Shown: positions 26,601-38,300 of the stretch, piece by piece
How positions within the stretch are numbered: the first letter of the stretch is position 1
Layout: the number at the start of each line of letters is the position of its first letter
Position numbers and translations under genes: made by a program
Notes under the pieces: model-generated
The model's input: only the letters and a program-made list of their open reading frames with translations
Told to the model about the DNA's origin: nothing
Database searches by the model: none
Assembly: GCA_950097015.1 (NCBI GenBank)
Contig: CATNEN010000001.1
Location: forward strand, 19,592,001-19,656,000
Source of the DNA: Macrostomum hystrix
Lineage: Eukaryota > Animalia > Platyhelminthes
Length of the DNA: 64,000 nucleotides
Direction of reading: 5' to 3'

Positions 26601-29600
26601 CACTTATCTAACAACTGAACACATTAGAACATTTGGAACCACTTATCTAACAACTGAACACAATTAGAACACGTGGAACCACTTATCTAACAACTGAACA
26701 CTGTTAGAACATTTGGAACCACTTATCTAACAACTGAACACAATTAGAACACGTGGAACCACTTATCTAACGACTGAACACAATTAGAACACGTGGAACC
26801 ACTTATCTAACAACTGAACACAATTAGAACACGTGGAACCACTTGTCTAACAACTGAACACAATTAGAACACGTGGAACCACTTATCTAACAACTGAAAA
26901 CTGTTAGAACTCGAGGAATCACTTATCTAACAACTGAACACAATTAGAACACGTGGAATCACTTATCTAACAACTGAACACAATTAGAACACGTGGAATC
27001 ACTTATCTAACAACTGAACGCAATTAGAACATGTGGAACCACTTATCTAACAACTGAACACAATTTCAAATTTCAAAAGCCCGTCAAGAAAACAAATTTA
27101 AGTGCAAAAAGGTTTTTTCGAAAAGTTCATTTCTGGAATAGGGCCCAGACAAAGAATAGAACACAGGAAATAGGACTACAGAATGGGTATTGACAAATGC
27201 TTATAACAATCTGTATCATGTACCTACCCTTTCGATATTGTAGAACTGCAATAAAATTGAATTGATCAGACTAAATATTCAAAATTTAAGTTAAAATACA
27301 AATTTTTAATTTTATACATTTAAATTTTAATTAAAATATTCAATTTATTCAAATTTATTTTACTCTAGTTTAAATTTCAGTTAATTTTGAAAATATAAAA
27401 TATTCAAAATTGTTAAAAATTAAATTACATCCTTGAAGATAAAGGCCTTCACAGCTGATTCTAAGAAACTCACCCTCTTTGTAGGCGACCTTGCTTGGCA
27501 GGAAAGCCACATAGGCGTGTAGAATGCTCGGGTCCTCATTTCCAGTCAACTCAGTGTCTGTGCCACCTGTCAAATTTTATTTGTCAAATAATAGATTGAA
27601 CTTCGAAAACCTGACAGAAAAATTTTCACATCTGAAAAATTTAAACTGGTGCAAAATATAAAAAACATGATCTAAAGCTTTTAAAGTATACAGTTAGGGA
27701 TGTGTTAAGAGACTTGTACTATTTTTTACTTATTCCTTTACTCGCACCTACATCATTTGTAACTCACAGGGAGAAGGAATTTTACAAACTACGTTACGGG
27801 AATTTCTAAGTAAAATAAAATTGACACGAGAACATTGAAACTGATAGAGAAGGTTCTGAAACTGTTGAATCCAACTGTGCTTCTTTGATTTCTACTCTAG
27901 CTTCTATTCCATGATTGTTGCTTCGATTCCAACTTCGATTCCTAATTCGACTTTACGATCTTTGCTTCGATTCCAACTTCGATTCTTCAGTTGTTCTTGC
28001 TTCGATTCCAACTTCGATTCTTCAGTCGTTCTTGCTTCGATTCCAACTTCGATTCTTCAGTCGTTCTTGCTTCGATTCCAACTTCGATTCTTCGATCGTT
28101 GCTTCGATTCCAACTTCGATTCTTCAGTCGTTCATGCTTCGATTCCAACTTCGAATCTTCAATCGTTCTTGCTTCGATTCCAACTTCGATTTTACGATCG
28201 GTGCTTCGATTCTAAACTTCGATTCTACAATCTTTGCTTCGATTCCAACTTCGATTCTTCAGTTGTTCTTGCTTCGATTCCAACTTCGATTCTTCAGTCA
28301 TTCTTGCTTCGATTCCAACTTCGATTCTTCAGTCGTTCATGCTTCGATTCCAACTTCTATTCTAGGATTTTAGCTTCGATTCTAGCTTCGATTTTGCTAT
28401 AGTTGCTTCGATTCCAACCTTTATTCTTTGAGGAAAGAATTTAAGCTAGATTCAAGCTGCTGCATACCTGATGCAATTAGTACTGATTGACAAGTACAGA
28501 GTTAGTACACCAATACTGTTTCACAAGCGTGCAAAGCCAGATCGTTCAAGAGTTTTGCGAGATTATTGAAAAAAACACTGGATTCAGACAAAGGCAAAAA
28601 ATCAGACCGGCTTTTGGGAAATGGAAAAGAAAATCGAAAAAATCCACAGACAAGGGTAACAAAGATTCAAAGACGTTGGCATGCAGGGATGGGGAAACAA
28701 GGAACATAGATTTAGGTGCTCATTGGTCATTGTTGTACTTCTGATTTAGTTGTTTTTGAGAATCCAGCTACCTGCGACGTCAGCGCTGCACTCGTCCAAG
28801 TCCAACAAGGATGCTGATACGACTGCGAGCGTGCGTGAGACATTCAGAAAACTATTTTGCTGGCGATTTGAAAAGCGACCAAAAATAACAAAAAACTCAG
28901 GCTACTCTGATCTAGAACTAGCTCGTAAATCCTTCTCTACTGGTGTTTCTGTGCAACATGTGACTGCAATGAATCGAGCTCAGGGACCTTGGCGCAAGAT
29001 TCAAACGCTTCACATTCTTGACTAAGGGAAATAAGAAAAGGGACCAGCTCCACATCATCAAAGGCTCCACATCAGAAAAGGCTGCTTCTCCCAGTCACCA
29101 CTTCCTCCAAAGTCAGGTACCAGTGGAGCTTTGTTCCTTTCTGCCAGTGAAACCGCGGGAACATCTTGCGCCAAACCCGACGCTCTCTGACATTTGCAGC
29201 CCCTTGAGCAACGCCACCTCATCCACGGGCTAGCGGTACAGACGGACTTGGTCAAGAGACCTGGAGACCTGGTCAAGCGAAAACACGGTCGGTACGAGCA
29301 AAGCTTGAAAAACACAAATTTTCATTCGACTCACTCGATCGAGTAGTTGACAGCATGTACTCTTCCAGGGCGATGAGCTCCTCGTTGGCGTTGTCCACAT
29401 CAGCGCCACCGCCAGCGCCTGAGGCTGCAGCCGCAGCCGCAGCCGCCTTCTCGTTGGCTCCAGCAGCGCCCGGCTTCTTCTTTCGCTTGCGAATGATGTC
29501 GTTGACATTCTCGCCGATTTCGCTGACGGCGTCCAACGCGGCGGCCGCATTCGCCGCGGCTGCATTCGATGGCGGCTGATCCGCATCCGGCTGCAGCAGC

Positions 29601-32600
29601 TTGCGTCCGCATTCCAGCATGCTGGCAGCCAAGGCATCTTCGTGCCAGGTGCGCAGTGTGCGGCTCAGGTAGTAGGTGATGCAGGCGATCATGTGCGCTA
29701 AAGACTGGGTGGCCCTGCTGCTGGAGCGGCGCAGACGTTGAGACGATGGAATCTCCAATAGGACGGCGACGCATCGTTGAAGCACCTGAAGGTGTTGGTT
29801 GACATGGATGGGTTCGGGTTAAACATATGCTAAACAAGCTAATGGTACATAGGTAGGGTGCTACAGGCACAGGTGTGTACATCTGCCCTAGCTGATTTCT
29901 TATCGTCAGCAAGCAGCGTACACACTCACTGTGTCTCGGGGGAGTGAGTGGAACAGCGGTTGACACGTTAGTCTTTGGCACCAAGGTCCCTGACTTTGAT
30001 TCCACCGCGAGGCCAAAATTCATTTGGGTTCATGCAATTTACGCCCTTGTGGGACAACCTCCAAGGCACATTGAAGGGCAGATGTGCACACCTATGTGCG
30101 TGTGTGCTCAGGAGTCAGCGGAATGGGCTAGATTTGCCTCATCACTAGCTGCGTGTATACTGTCACCAAATGATGTTCTATTGCCCACATCCCTCCTGCA
30201 AATAGCTATCAATCACGCTTTCGCGCCGCGTTGGCCCCAAAACTGACCATTGTTGCAAAAGACAAAACATTATTTTTTATCTGTTCGTCTATTTTTGATC
30301 AACCTTGCGCTCTTCCCAACTCCGAATGCGTACCTGCAGCACCGCCCTAGTCTGCATCTTGTAGTGCACCAGAGGGGCCAGGAGTCCGTAGGCCGTCACC
30401 ACAGCCTGCAGCGCATAGCCAGCATCGTTGAGCCACATGGCCACATCCATCGCTAGCAGGGTGGCCTCGCACTGGCGCAGCCGATCCGCCTGTCCAGGAA
30501 ATGCTGGCCCAGCGTCGCACAATGAGTCACAGTAGAGACGCTTTTCTACCGTGGCAATGTCCGCGCCCAGCAGCAGGCACTCGATGAAGAGGCGCAGCTG
30601 GATCGGAGATGCCAGACTGAGGATTCGACGATTGGCTCGCCGTCTGGTCAGTCGGAACTCCGGCCGGCTAGTCAGGGCCAGTTCGTCCGATGGCGGCACC
30701 GGGCGAGCTACGAAGTGTCGCCAGAGGTGGGCCTCGCAGACTCGCTTGGCCGCAGCGTACGCTCCGATGCGGTAGGCGGCCTGGGCCAGCAGCGCCCAAC
30801 CGGTAATCAGCGGGCTCGGATGGCTCGCCAGAATCGGTCTTGTCGACGGCCCGATGCCGCTGCCAACCAGACGGCCTTCGACATCGTAGGCGGCCACGGC
30901 GAAGACGTACTTCTGGTTGGGCTGCAGGCCGTAGACCCGGAACTGGCAGTTGAAGGCCGGAACAGGAACTCCAGCGCCACAGAGCTGGTCATCGCACAGG
31001 CGGACTTTAACATTGGAGCCCGTGACGGCTCTGGCGAACACCCGGTACCAGGCAACGCTAGGAGCGGCGCGGGACCATCGCCCGGGTCGCAGCGTCATCT
31101 CGGTGTCCGTACGGCTTAGCAGAATCGGGGCTGGCGGCGTGTCAGCTGTTCCAGCCACGGCCTCGTCAGCTCCGGCTAAAGCCACAGCGACATTCTCCCG
31201 GTAGAGCGACTCCTCTTCGGCTGCGTGCTTGGCCATCAGGCTGATCGCCTCGTCGATGAGCTCTACAGCTCGAGAGCCGGGCACGGGTGGGAAGCCGCCA
31301 CCAGCTCGGAGCTCCTCCAGACGCAGGGCGCTCTGGGCGCAGAGCAGGGCTCGACTGAAGCCGTTGCGATTCGCGCACTGGTAGAGCTGGTCGAAGCCGG
31401 GGTAGGGCGGCGGCTTCACGCCCCGGGGAAAGATCTTGCGCGCCTCAGCCTGGTCGTAGTCGATCTTCTCTAGCTCAGCTAGACGCAGCGATACTCTGTG
31501 ATAGATGGCCAGCAGCTCCACCTGCAGATCCTTCACGGTACTCCAGACGGCGTTGGCATCAGGCGGCAAGTCTATTGGTCGCTTTACTGACGCTCTCGTC
31601 TGCTCAAAGTCTGCGTCAGTCTGCGGCTCGAACAGGTGCGGGTTGACCTCCTGTGACCAGACAACGTCGCAAACTGAACGACCGTCGGCCAGGACGGTGG
31701 CTGACCGGGCATCGCTGACATTTTTCAGACCGATCTCCAAGATGTGCTTCGCAGACTGCAGCTGCTCTTTCACTGGTTGCTTGAGCATCGTCATAGTCTC
31801 CACGCTGGCTCTCTGGCCAAAGCTATCAGTTGGGTCCATCGCCCCAGCTGAAGCGTCAAATGTCACGGAAGACGCCTGCTGCTGCTGCGTCTGCTGAGGA
31901 GACACTGCATGGTTTTCAACGATGAGCGCTAGTCTCAGCACCACCTCCGCGGCCATCGCCGCATCGACGCTTGCCACGTTTAGCCAGGCAAGACTTCTGT
32001 GCACGGTGGCCAGCACGTGGACCCACTTGTTAGGATTGTCCAGTTTCACCAAGCCGCCGCCGCCACTGCCACCGTCCGAACCGGTTTGATGCTTCTGCAG
32101 TACGGCTTTGCAGCGCTGCCACAGATAGATGACAGCATCGAGGAGGATGTCGGTCTGGTAGGCTTCCGGCGGACAGTCGCCATCGATGATGCCAACCAGA
32201 GCATTGGTCAGGGCAAGCAGGTCGTCAGACTGCTCGGCTCCACCTCCAGCTTTGTCGGCGTCGCCTCCGCTCAGCTGCTGCTGCTGCTGCTGCTTAGATC
32301 CGTCATCTTTAGCTGCATCATCTTTTGAAGCCTTCTTGGTCGCATCACCTTCGCCAGCACCGCCGCCGCCACCGCCGCCGCCGCCGCCGCCGCCCTGCTG
32401 TCGAACCTGTTCAAGAGCCTGCTGTTGCATGCGCATCGCCTCCTTCAGCTGGCTGGCTTTCTTCTGCTTCAGATTGGAGGCGATCAGCTTCATCGCCTGC
32501 AGCAGGTCCAGGGTTCGCGCCTCCGGTTCCAGCTGCTTCGCCTCCCAGCCGGGCGGTGGAGCTTTGAGCACCGGAATCAAGGCGCTAGTCAGCCAGTCGA

Positions 32601-34831
32601 AAATCTCCCACTGCTCGTAGTGAAAGGCCCACCGAGTGAATGTGACGGCGGCTCGCAGAGTCACTCCGTCAGCGCCACGAGTCGCCAAGCCAAGCTGCGT
32701 GGCGGCTGGATCTGACACGATTCCGGGCATGCCGCCGATTGCTCCCGTGGCCGCCGCTGCCGCCGCTGCCGCAGCTGCCGCAGCAGCCGCAGCCGCAGCG
32801 CCCATTGGTTTCCGCACGACGCCAGTGCCTCCCATGAGAATCTCCTTGCCAGCCAGGAACAATTCGATGAAGACGTCGAGAATTTCTGATTCGTTTTCTG
32901 TCGCGGCTGGTCCGTGTTGAAACACGCGACGCTTGGAGTCGGAAGCGCACTCTAGGACGGCGAGGAACTGGGCTGCCGATCCGTCGAACATGTCGGCCAG
33001 GAGCTTCTCGGTGCTGGTCCTTGGCCAGGATTGGTTGCCGATGTCGCGATAGTTAATGCGCTGCTTCGGTTTAAAGACGCCCTTCGGTCGGCGTCTTGTC
33101 TCCGTGGCGGTGCGCTTGAACACCATGGCAGCCATCTGGACAGTTAAACCATAGTTCAGTATCTTTTCAGTGTCGGCTCTTACTTTTTCTCGGTGCCTGT
33201 GTGTACTTTTAAATATTTAATAAAAAGTTGCCTACCTTGACAGTGGCCTCACGGAATGCGCACTCGACTTGTTCGCTGACCTTCTCCGAGCTGCGCTTCT
33301 CCAGCTCGCTAAGGTCGTTGATCTTCGCCAGGGCGCGTCTGGCGAAGGCCTACAAAAGTACAGTAGGACTTTTTTAGTACAAAGTGGATTTCGGTTTCCT
33401 TTAATCAGAAATAATAACCAACCCAACTAGTGCTTTTACCTATTTTACAGTTGCATAAATTAATATTTTGGCGAATTAATTGTCTTGCTAATTTAGACTG
33501 AGATTCGAACTCCCGGCCTACTGCTAGGAGTCCAGAGCTCTAGCCACTGGACTCCAACCTCATTAAAGACTGACGGAAGTGTTTCAAAAAAAGCCAACTC
33601 ACCTCGGCGTCCACACCCCTGTTGCAATCGTAGAAGCACTGGCAAACAGCTGTGTAGATGGTTGCTCTCCAGCCGAGGTATTTAGCCGTCATGAGTGGTA
33701 TGCTCACTTCCAAGGCTGCTGAGCACCACAATAGATACTCGAGCACCTGCTCCGAGAATCCCAGAGACATCAGCTGTCTCGAGATTGAGTAGATGTGAAT
33801 TGTGCCTGAAGAAGGATTTTGCGAGCAAATATTTAGCAATAAAATTTGGCAACAAAGCAAAGTCATAAAGTTGAAAATTTCGAAAAAAATTGTAGCTCTT
33901 AAATCACCGTTGTAGATTAACCAGCAGAGGCGTTCACTTTTCAGCACAACCTGGGTGATGAGGCGCAGGAACTTGAGCAGATCCAGGCAGCGGCCCAGTG
34001 ATTCCTCATTTTGGAGCCTGGCATCAGAAATTAGCACCATACGATAGGTGCAGATCACCTTGCCCATGAGGGCACGGAACTGGAAATTGTTAAGATCAAG
34101 TTTCTCATTTATTACTTCATTATGATTGAACGTCACTATCAGTATTTTTCGATGCTGCCCCGGCTACTTAACTCTCTATGACTGAGGAAAATGACCCGCG
34201 AACAGAAGACAATGGGTGACTCACAGTCAGACCGGCATTCTCAGCGCCCAGTCCGTTAGGGAAAAATGCCGCCTTGAACTGCTCGATACCCTGGTCCGGC
34301 CTTAACGCCTGATCGCCGCAGCTCCTCAGATATCTGTCATAGCAATTCCACAGGGCCAATTGGTACTGGTGGCACGATGACAAAAAGTCGCCCATCTCGA
34401 CTAGCTGCTCAGTGAACATGAGCGGTGGCAGAAGCGGGTTGTACTTGTTGAACAAATCGAACACCATGTTCCCGCTGAAAACGGTATTATGTTTATAGAA
34501 ACATCATTACAGTGTTAACTTAAATTTAAAGGTCAAAGAAAAGTATTTTATATAATTTTTTTGCACCCATGAAATAGTTGACAGTTGTCAATTTAGTGTC
34601 TAAAGTCTAAAGACACACAATATCAAAGGTAAAGTTTTAAACTCACCATTTAGCTTTCTCGGTATCATTTTTACCGTTCTTGAAAACAAACTTCTTTAAC
34701 TCGTTTACCTCTTTGTTAAATGAAACAAAAACAGGATTTTTTGAGTCTTCATAGAATGTAGCGTAATAAGATGATGGATGAAGAGTTGAAACTTCTTGAG
34801 CCAACTTCGACTTTAAATTTGTGGATGTCAT
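11691..34831 (-). CDS. CFAP54: Cilia- and flagella-associated protein 54 (central apparatus C1d projection), 19 exons, ~3550 aa
   Basis: Exons 34831-34647, 34474-34225, 34079-33908, 33805-33603, 33349-33236, 33135-30334, 29785-29335, 27566-27474, 22408-22044, 20615-20350, 20273-20089, 19660-19308, 19105-18747, 17692-17132, 17039-14990, 14896-14730, 14412-12960, 12880-12380, 11825-11691; all GT..AG and in phase. Recognisable CFAP54 motifs: LCWLIYNGTIHIYSISRQLM, WRATIYTAVCQCFYDC, AFARRALAKI, WPRTSTEKLLADMF, the FN3-like GLQPNQKYVFAVAAYD, ELTGNEDP, and C-terminal IPFDIS. Confidence 0.93.
12212..12285 (-). mobile_element. tRNA-derived SINE head fragment (CFAP54 last intron)
   Basis: Minus strand TAGTTCAGTATGCGGTTAAAGCATCGGAC...GGAGTTCGAATCTC carries A/B-box-like motifs; the cloverleaf is imperfect. 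Confidence 0.5.
17785..18625 (-). mobile_element. Interspersed repeat (homolog at 55760-56205) containing a tRNA-derived SINE segment
   Basis: The reverse complement of 18260-18620 and 17790-17815 aligns by eye with 55765-56110 and 56170-56200. A tRNA-like head GGGCGGATAGCTCAGTCAGTAAG...GGTTCGACTCCCGACC lies at 18246-18180. Confidence 0.8.
19767..20006. mobile_element. hAT-type MITE
   Basis: TIRs CAGTGGTCGACAAACT / AGTTTGCCGACCCGTG; 8-bp TSD AGCAAGAC/AGCAAGGC; subterminal CGGCCC repeats; second copy at 63528. Confidence 0.85.
21685..21940. repeat. 24-bp intronic minisatellite (GATAATCCATCACCTATAAGACTC)n
   Basis: About 10 degenerate copies in CFAP54 intron 9. Confidence 0.9.
22810..27065. 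repeat. 40-bp intronic satellite (GGAACCACTTATCTAACAACTGAACACAATTAGAACACGT)n
   Basis: About 105 copies filling CFAP54 intron 8, with recurrent variants (CATTTGG, GAGCAAAATT, CTCGAGG). Confidence 0.98.
27905..28420. repeat. ~35-bp intronic minisatellite (TTGCTTCGATTCCAACTTCGATTCTTCAGTCGTTC)n
   Basis: About 14 copies built from CTTCGATTC subunits. Confidence 0.92.
29868..30096. mobile_element. MITE-like element with 22-bp inverted termini and a degenerate tRNA-like core
   Basis: CACAGGTGTGTACATCTGCCCT ... AGGGCAGATGTGCACACCTATG (2 mismatches); no clear TSD. Confidence 0.55.
33494..33557 (-). mobile_element. tRNA-derived SINE head fragment (CFAP54 intron 4)
   Basis: Minus strand AGTCCAGTGGCTAGAGCTCTGGAC...GGGAGTTCGAATCTC. 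Confidence 0.5.
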
Positions 34832-35384
34832 TCTGACATCGAGGTATTATTTTCTGGCTTAGCAATCACTTTTTATCTGATTAGGTTAATGTACACATCA
34901 TGCACTGTTCAAAAGAGTTTTATGAGCAGATATTATATTAAGTGAAGATATTTAAATGGCTTAAGACTATGGAAGTCAAATTCAATTGGCATGCCGACCA
35001 ATACATGCAAAATATGGGTTAAACTCCAATTTTTTTATAATTAGGTAGTTCTTTTCACTATTTTTTAAATATAATAATGTGCTAATAAAAACTTACTTTA
35101 AATAAAAATCGTCAAATTTGTTTATATTGATGCATTTGTTTAATATATCTTTTTATAGGAAGCAATGTGTGGTTACAACGACGTCAAGACACTTATCTCG
35201 TCGGTCCATGAAGGACAGCTTTGTAGCTTCTAGTAAAATTTGTTTTCGAATCGGTCACTCGGTAAAGTAGTCCTCGAGATTACCTGAATGTTTATTAGGA
35301 AGTTTGAAACTAAAGTATAAACAAAAGTAGGTTTTTGTTTGTCGAGTGTGGGCATCCTTGCTGACGTGTTAAGCCTGTCTAAGA
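34832..35384. promoter_or_regulatory. Bidirectional promoter region shared by CFAP54 and ATP13A1
   Basis: Only 553 bp separate the divergent ATGs. Confidence 0.65.
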
Positions 35385-38300
35385 ATGGGAGAATCATCAG
35401 TTATTTTTTCTAAATCGGAAGGATCAGGAATCGCCTATGTTTCTTTGTTGCGATCTCACAAAGTAATGTTTCATGGATATGTATTTCCATTCGCGATTAT
35501 GTATTTTCTGGCATTGCTAAATCTAGGATTTTTTCAAATCTATGGTTCGATAGAGTTAGGCTTGATCCTTGTCGCTCTAATTGGAATTCTAAACATCCTG
35601 GTTTGCTTGTCGTGCTACTGGTCCGTTCATATACAAGCTCTGCTATGCTTTTCTCGAGTTACAGTAAGTTTCTAAACTCTTGCATTTTATTGCTTTATTT
35701 TGAATCTTTGTCACACACCTTTTTGGTAGCTATAATAGCCTAGGCTATATAGCTGTACTCTATAGACATGTGAGAAGTGATAATAGCTATATAACATTAT
35801 ATATACATATATTCTATAAGTAATTAAAAACTAACAAGCTGCATTGAAAAATATTTGACTTTAGTTTGGTGATGCAAGGCCCTATAATTTCTGAGCAGAT
35901 GTTTTGTAATAGTTGTTATGGAGTTGATCTTTTTATTGCCAAATAGCTTGCTATATATAGGCCGAACTCAAGACATTATCTATGCTAGATGTAGCTTTGC
36001 TGTAATTTGCTATTTATTTAATTGTAGCCTACTCAAAATAATTTGACAAAAATGTTAATAACAGTTATCTCGATTATCTTTATAAATCTTAAATATTTTT
36101 AATCTTATATCAATACACTAGTAATATAACAAATGTTGGTCATTCTGAGCAAAGAAAATATATACACATACATGCACAACCAGCTGGGTGAAACGAGGGC
36201 CAAGCAAGGTAAGTTGCAAAAACCAATCAACCAAGCGCAAAAAAATCAGAGGGGGACCAAGGGACAAAAAAGGAAGGTGTGAAGAAAAGGAAAAAGGGGA
36301 GAGAAAAAGAGAGCAAATGAGAGAAAACTAAGTCGTAAATAGAGCAAAAATTAAGTCACCCGGCCAGCTAAGATTTGGGAGGTTGCGCATGTATGTATAT
36401 ACATGCAGATTTATTGCATATCCCTTTGAGCAGATAAACAATATTCAGAAATAATGCCTGTATTTATCTAAAAATGGCCCATGCAAAATGCAAATCAAAT
36501 TGTTTGTTTAATTTGTTTAAGAAAGTGTTCTGAGGAGTCATTAATTTATTTTTAAGTGGCTGTTATTTTGATTTAAAAAATATTTTTTTTAAGCTAGCTC
36601 TTATATTTTTGGTTTTGTATATTTTTATTTTTTGCTAATCAAATCCATTATTTTATTCTAATTCTGTAATATTGTCTAGTCTCTAGTCACCCAAAGTAAT
36701 TAAAATGGCAGTGGTTGCTGATTTAAAAAACCTGAGTGTTAGATTTTTAGATTTCACTGTTATGTGATTTTTTACCTTTAGTATACATTTAAACAGTATA
36801 TTTATATTGAGGCTAGTTACATTCAGATTAATTACATTTAAAAAAAAAATACTAAATTTTTATACAATATGTTCTATTTTAATTGCATGCACTTATTCCC
36901 TAAAGTAAAACAAAATAACTATTTTAGAGCCTACAAGCAGCAGATGTAATCAAGGTTGTACCCATTGCCAATAATGGCAGTCCAGAGATTGTTAAACTTC
37001 AAAAACAGGTAAAACTGACTTTTTTCAAGATTGCACAACAAATGAACCTGATTAACTTTAGCCCTTAATTATTTTTAACCATATTCCTTCACAGACAAAG
37101 GACAGTTCCCAGCCAATCTATTGGTTTGTTTTTCAAAAGGAAAAATTCTTTCTTGACTCCGATGGCTTGCAGTCATTGAAGTTCCCAGTGAATCTGGATC
37201 TGACTCACTACCTGAACTGGAAAGGCATGGAGACTGAACAGGATTTGAACCAGGCCCTCAAAACCTTCGGCTCAAACAATATGGAGATGGTGCCGCCGAA
37301 ATTTGCCGAACTCTTCATAGAGAGAGCGACTGCGCCATTCTTCGTCTTTCAGGTAGCTAAAGTTATCAGTTCGGACTCAGGTAGCTAAAGTTATCAGTTT
37401 TGACTCAGGTAGCTAAAGTTATCAGTTTTGACTCAGGTAGCTAAAGTTATCAGTTTTGACTCAGGTAGCTAAAGTTATCAGTTTTGACTCAGGTAGCTAA
37501 AGTTATCAGTTTTGACTCAGGTAGCTAAAGTTATCAGTTTTGACTGACTGTTTTAAAGTCATAAAATGCAAATTCAATCACTATTTTAGAATGACAGCAC
37601 GAAAAATGTAGCATGACTATTTATAATAAAAAATGACTACTTTGAATGCTACTATCCATATCCATACACAGGTGTTCTGCGTAGGCCTTTGGTGCCTAGA
37701 TGACTACTGGTACTACAGCCTGTTCACCCTAGGCATGCTGGTGGTATTCGAGTGCACTCTGGTGCAGCAGCAGTTGCGCAACATGGCCGAGATTCGCCAG
37801 ATGGGCAACAAGCCCTATCCGATTCAAACGTTGCGCAATAAAAAATGGAGCCTGATTGACTCTAGTCAGCTTGTGCCCGGCGATCTGGTTAGTCTTGGCC
37901 GGTCTGAGAAGGAGCGCCTGATCCCATGCGATCTGCTGCTTCTGCGCGGCCAGTGCATTGTGGATGAGTCTATGCTCACTGGAGAATCTGTGCCAGTTAC
38001 CAAGGAGCCTATAGAGAGCATTCTAGAGGACCGAGCGCTTTGCCTTGAGTCCGACGCCAAGCATCACGTGCTGAGCGGTGGCACCAAAGTTGTGCAGCAC
38101 ACCGCGCCACAGAAGGTGAGGCTTCGCTTCTGGCACCATTTTGCTCCCCACCTTCGTTTTCTACACTATTCGCAATGCATTACACTCTGTTCCTCATCTT
38201 GTACACTCTTTTCCTTATTTTGTACACTCTTTTCCTCATATTGTACACTCTGTTCCTCATCTTGTACACTATTTTCCTCATCTTACACACTCTGTTCCTC

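Noticed and set aside
22810-27065. CRISPR-like regular 20-45-bp repeats here and elsewhere
   Set aside because: Units are head-to-tail with no unique spacers, there are no cas genes, and the context is eukaryotic introns.
12347-32920. Many plus-strand ORFs overlapping CFAP54 exons
   Set aside because: Antisense shadows of GC-rich coding sequence with no recognisable motifs.
37350-37671. Intron gain by tandem duplication of an exonic AGGT
   Set aside because: The repeat unit after CAG is intronic sequence, not a copy of the next exon (GTGTTCTGC), so the array arose within an existing intron.
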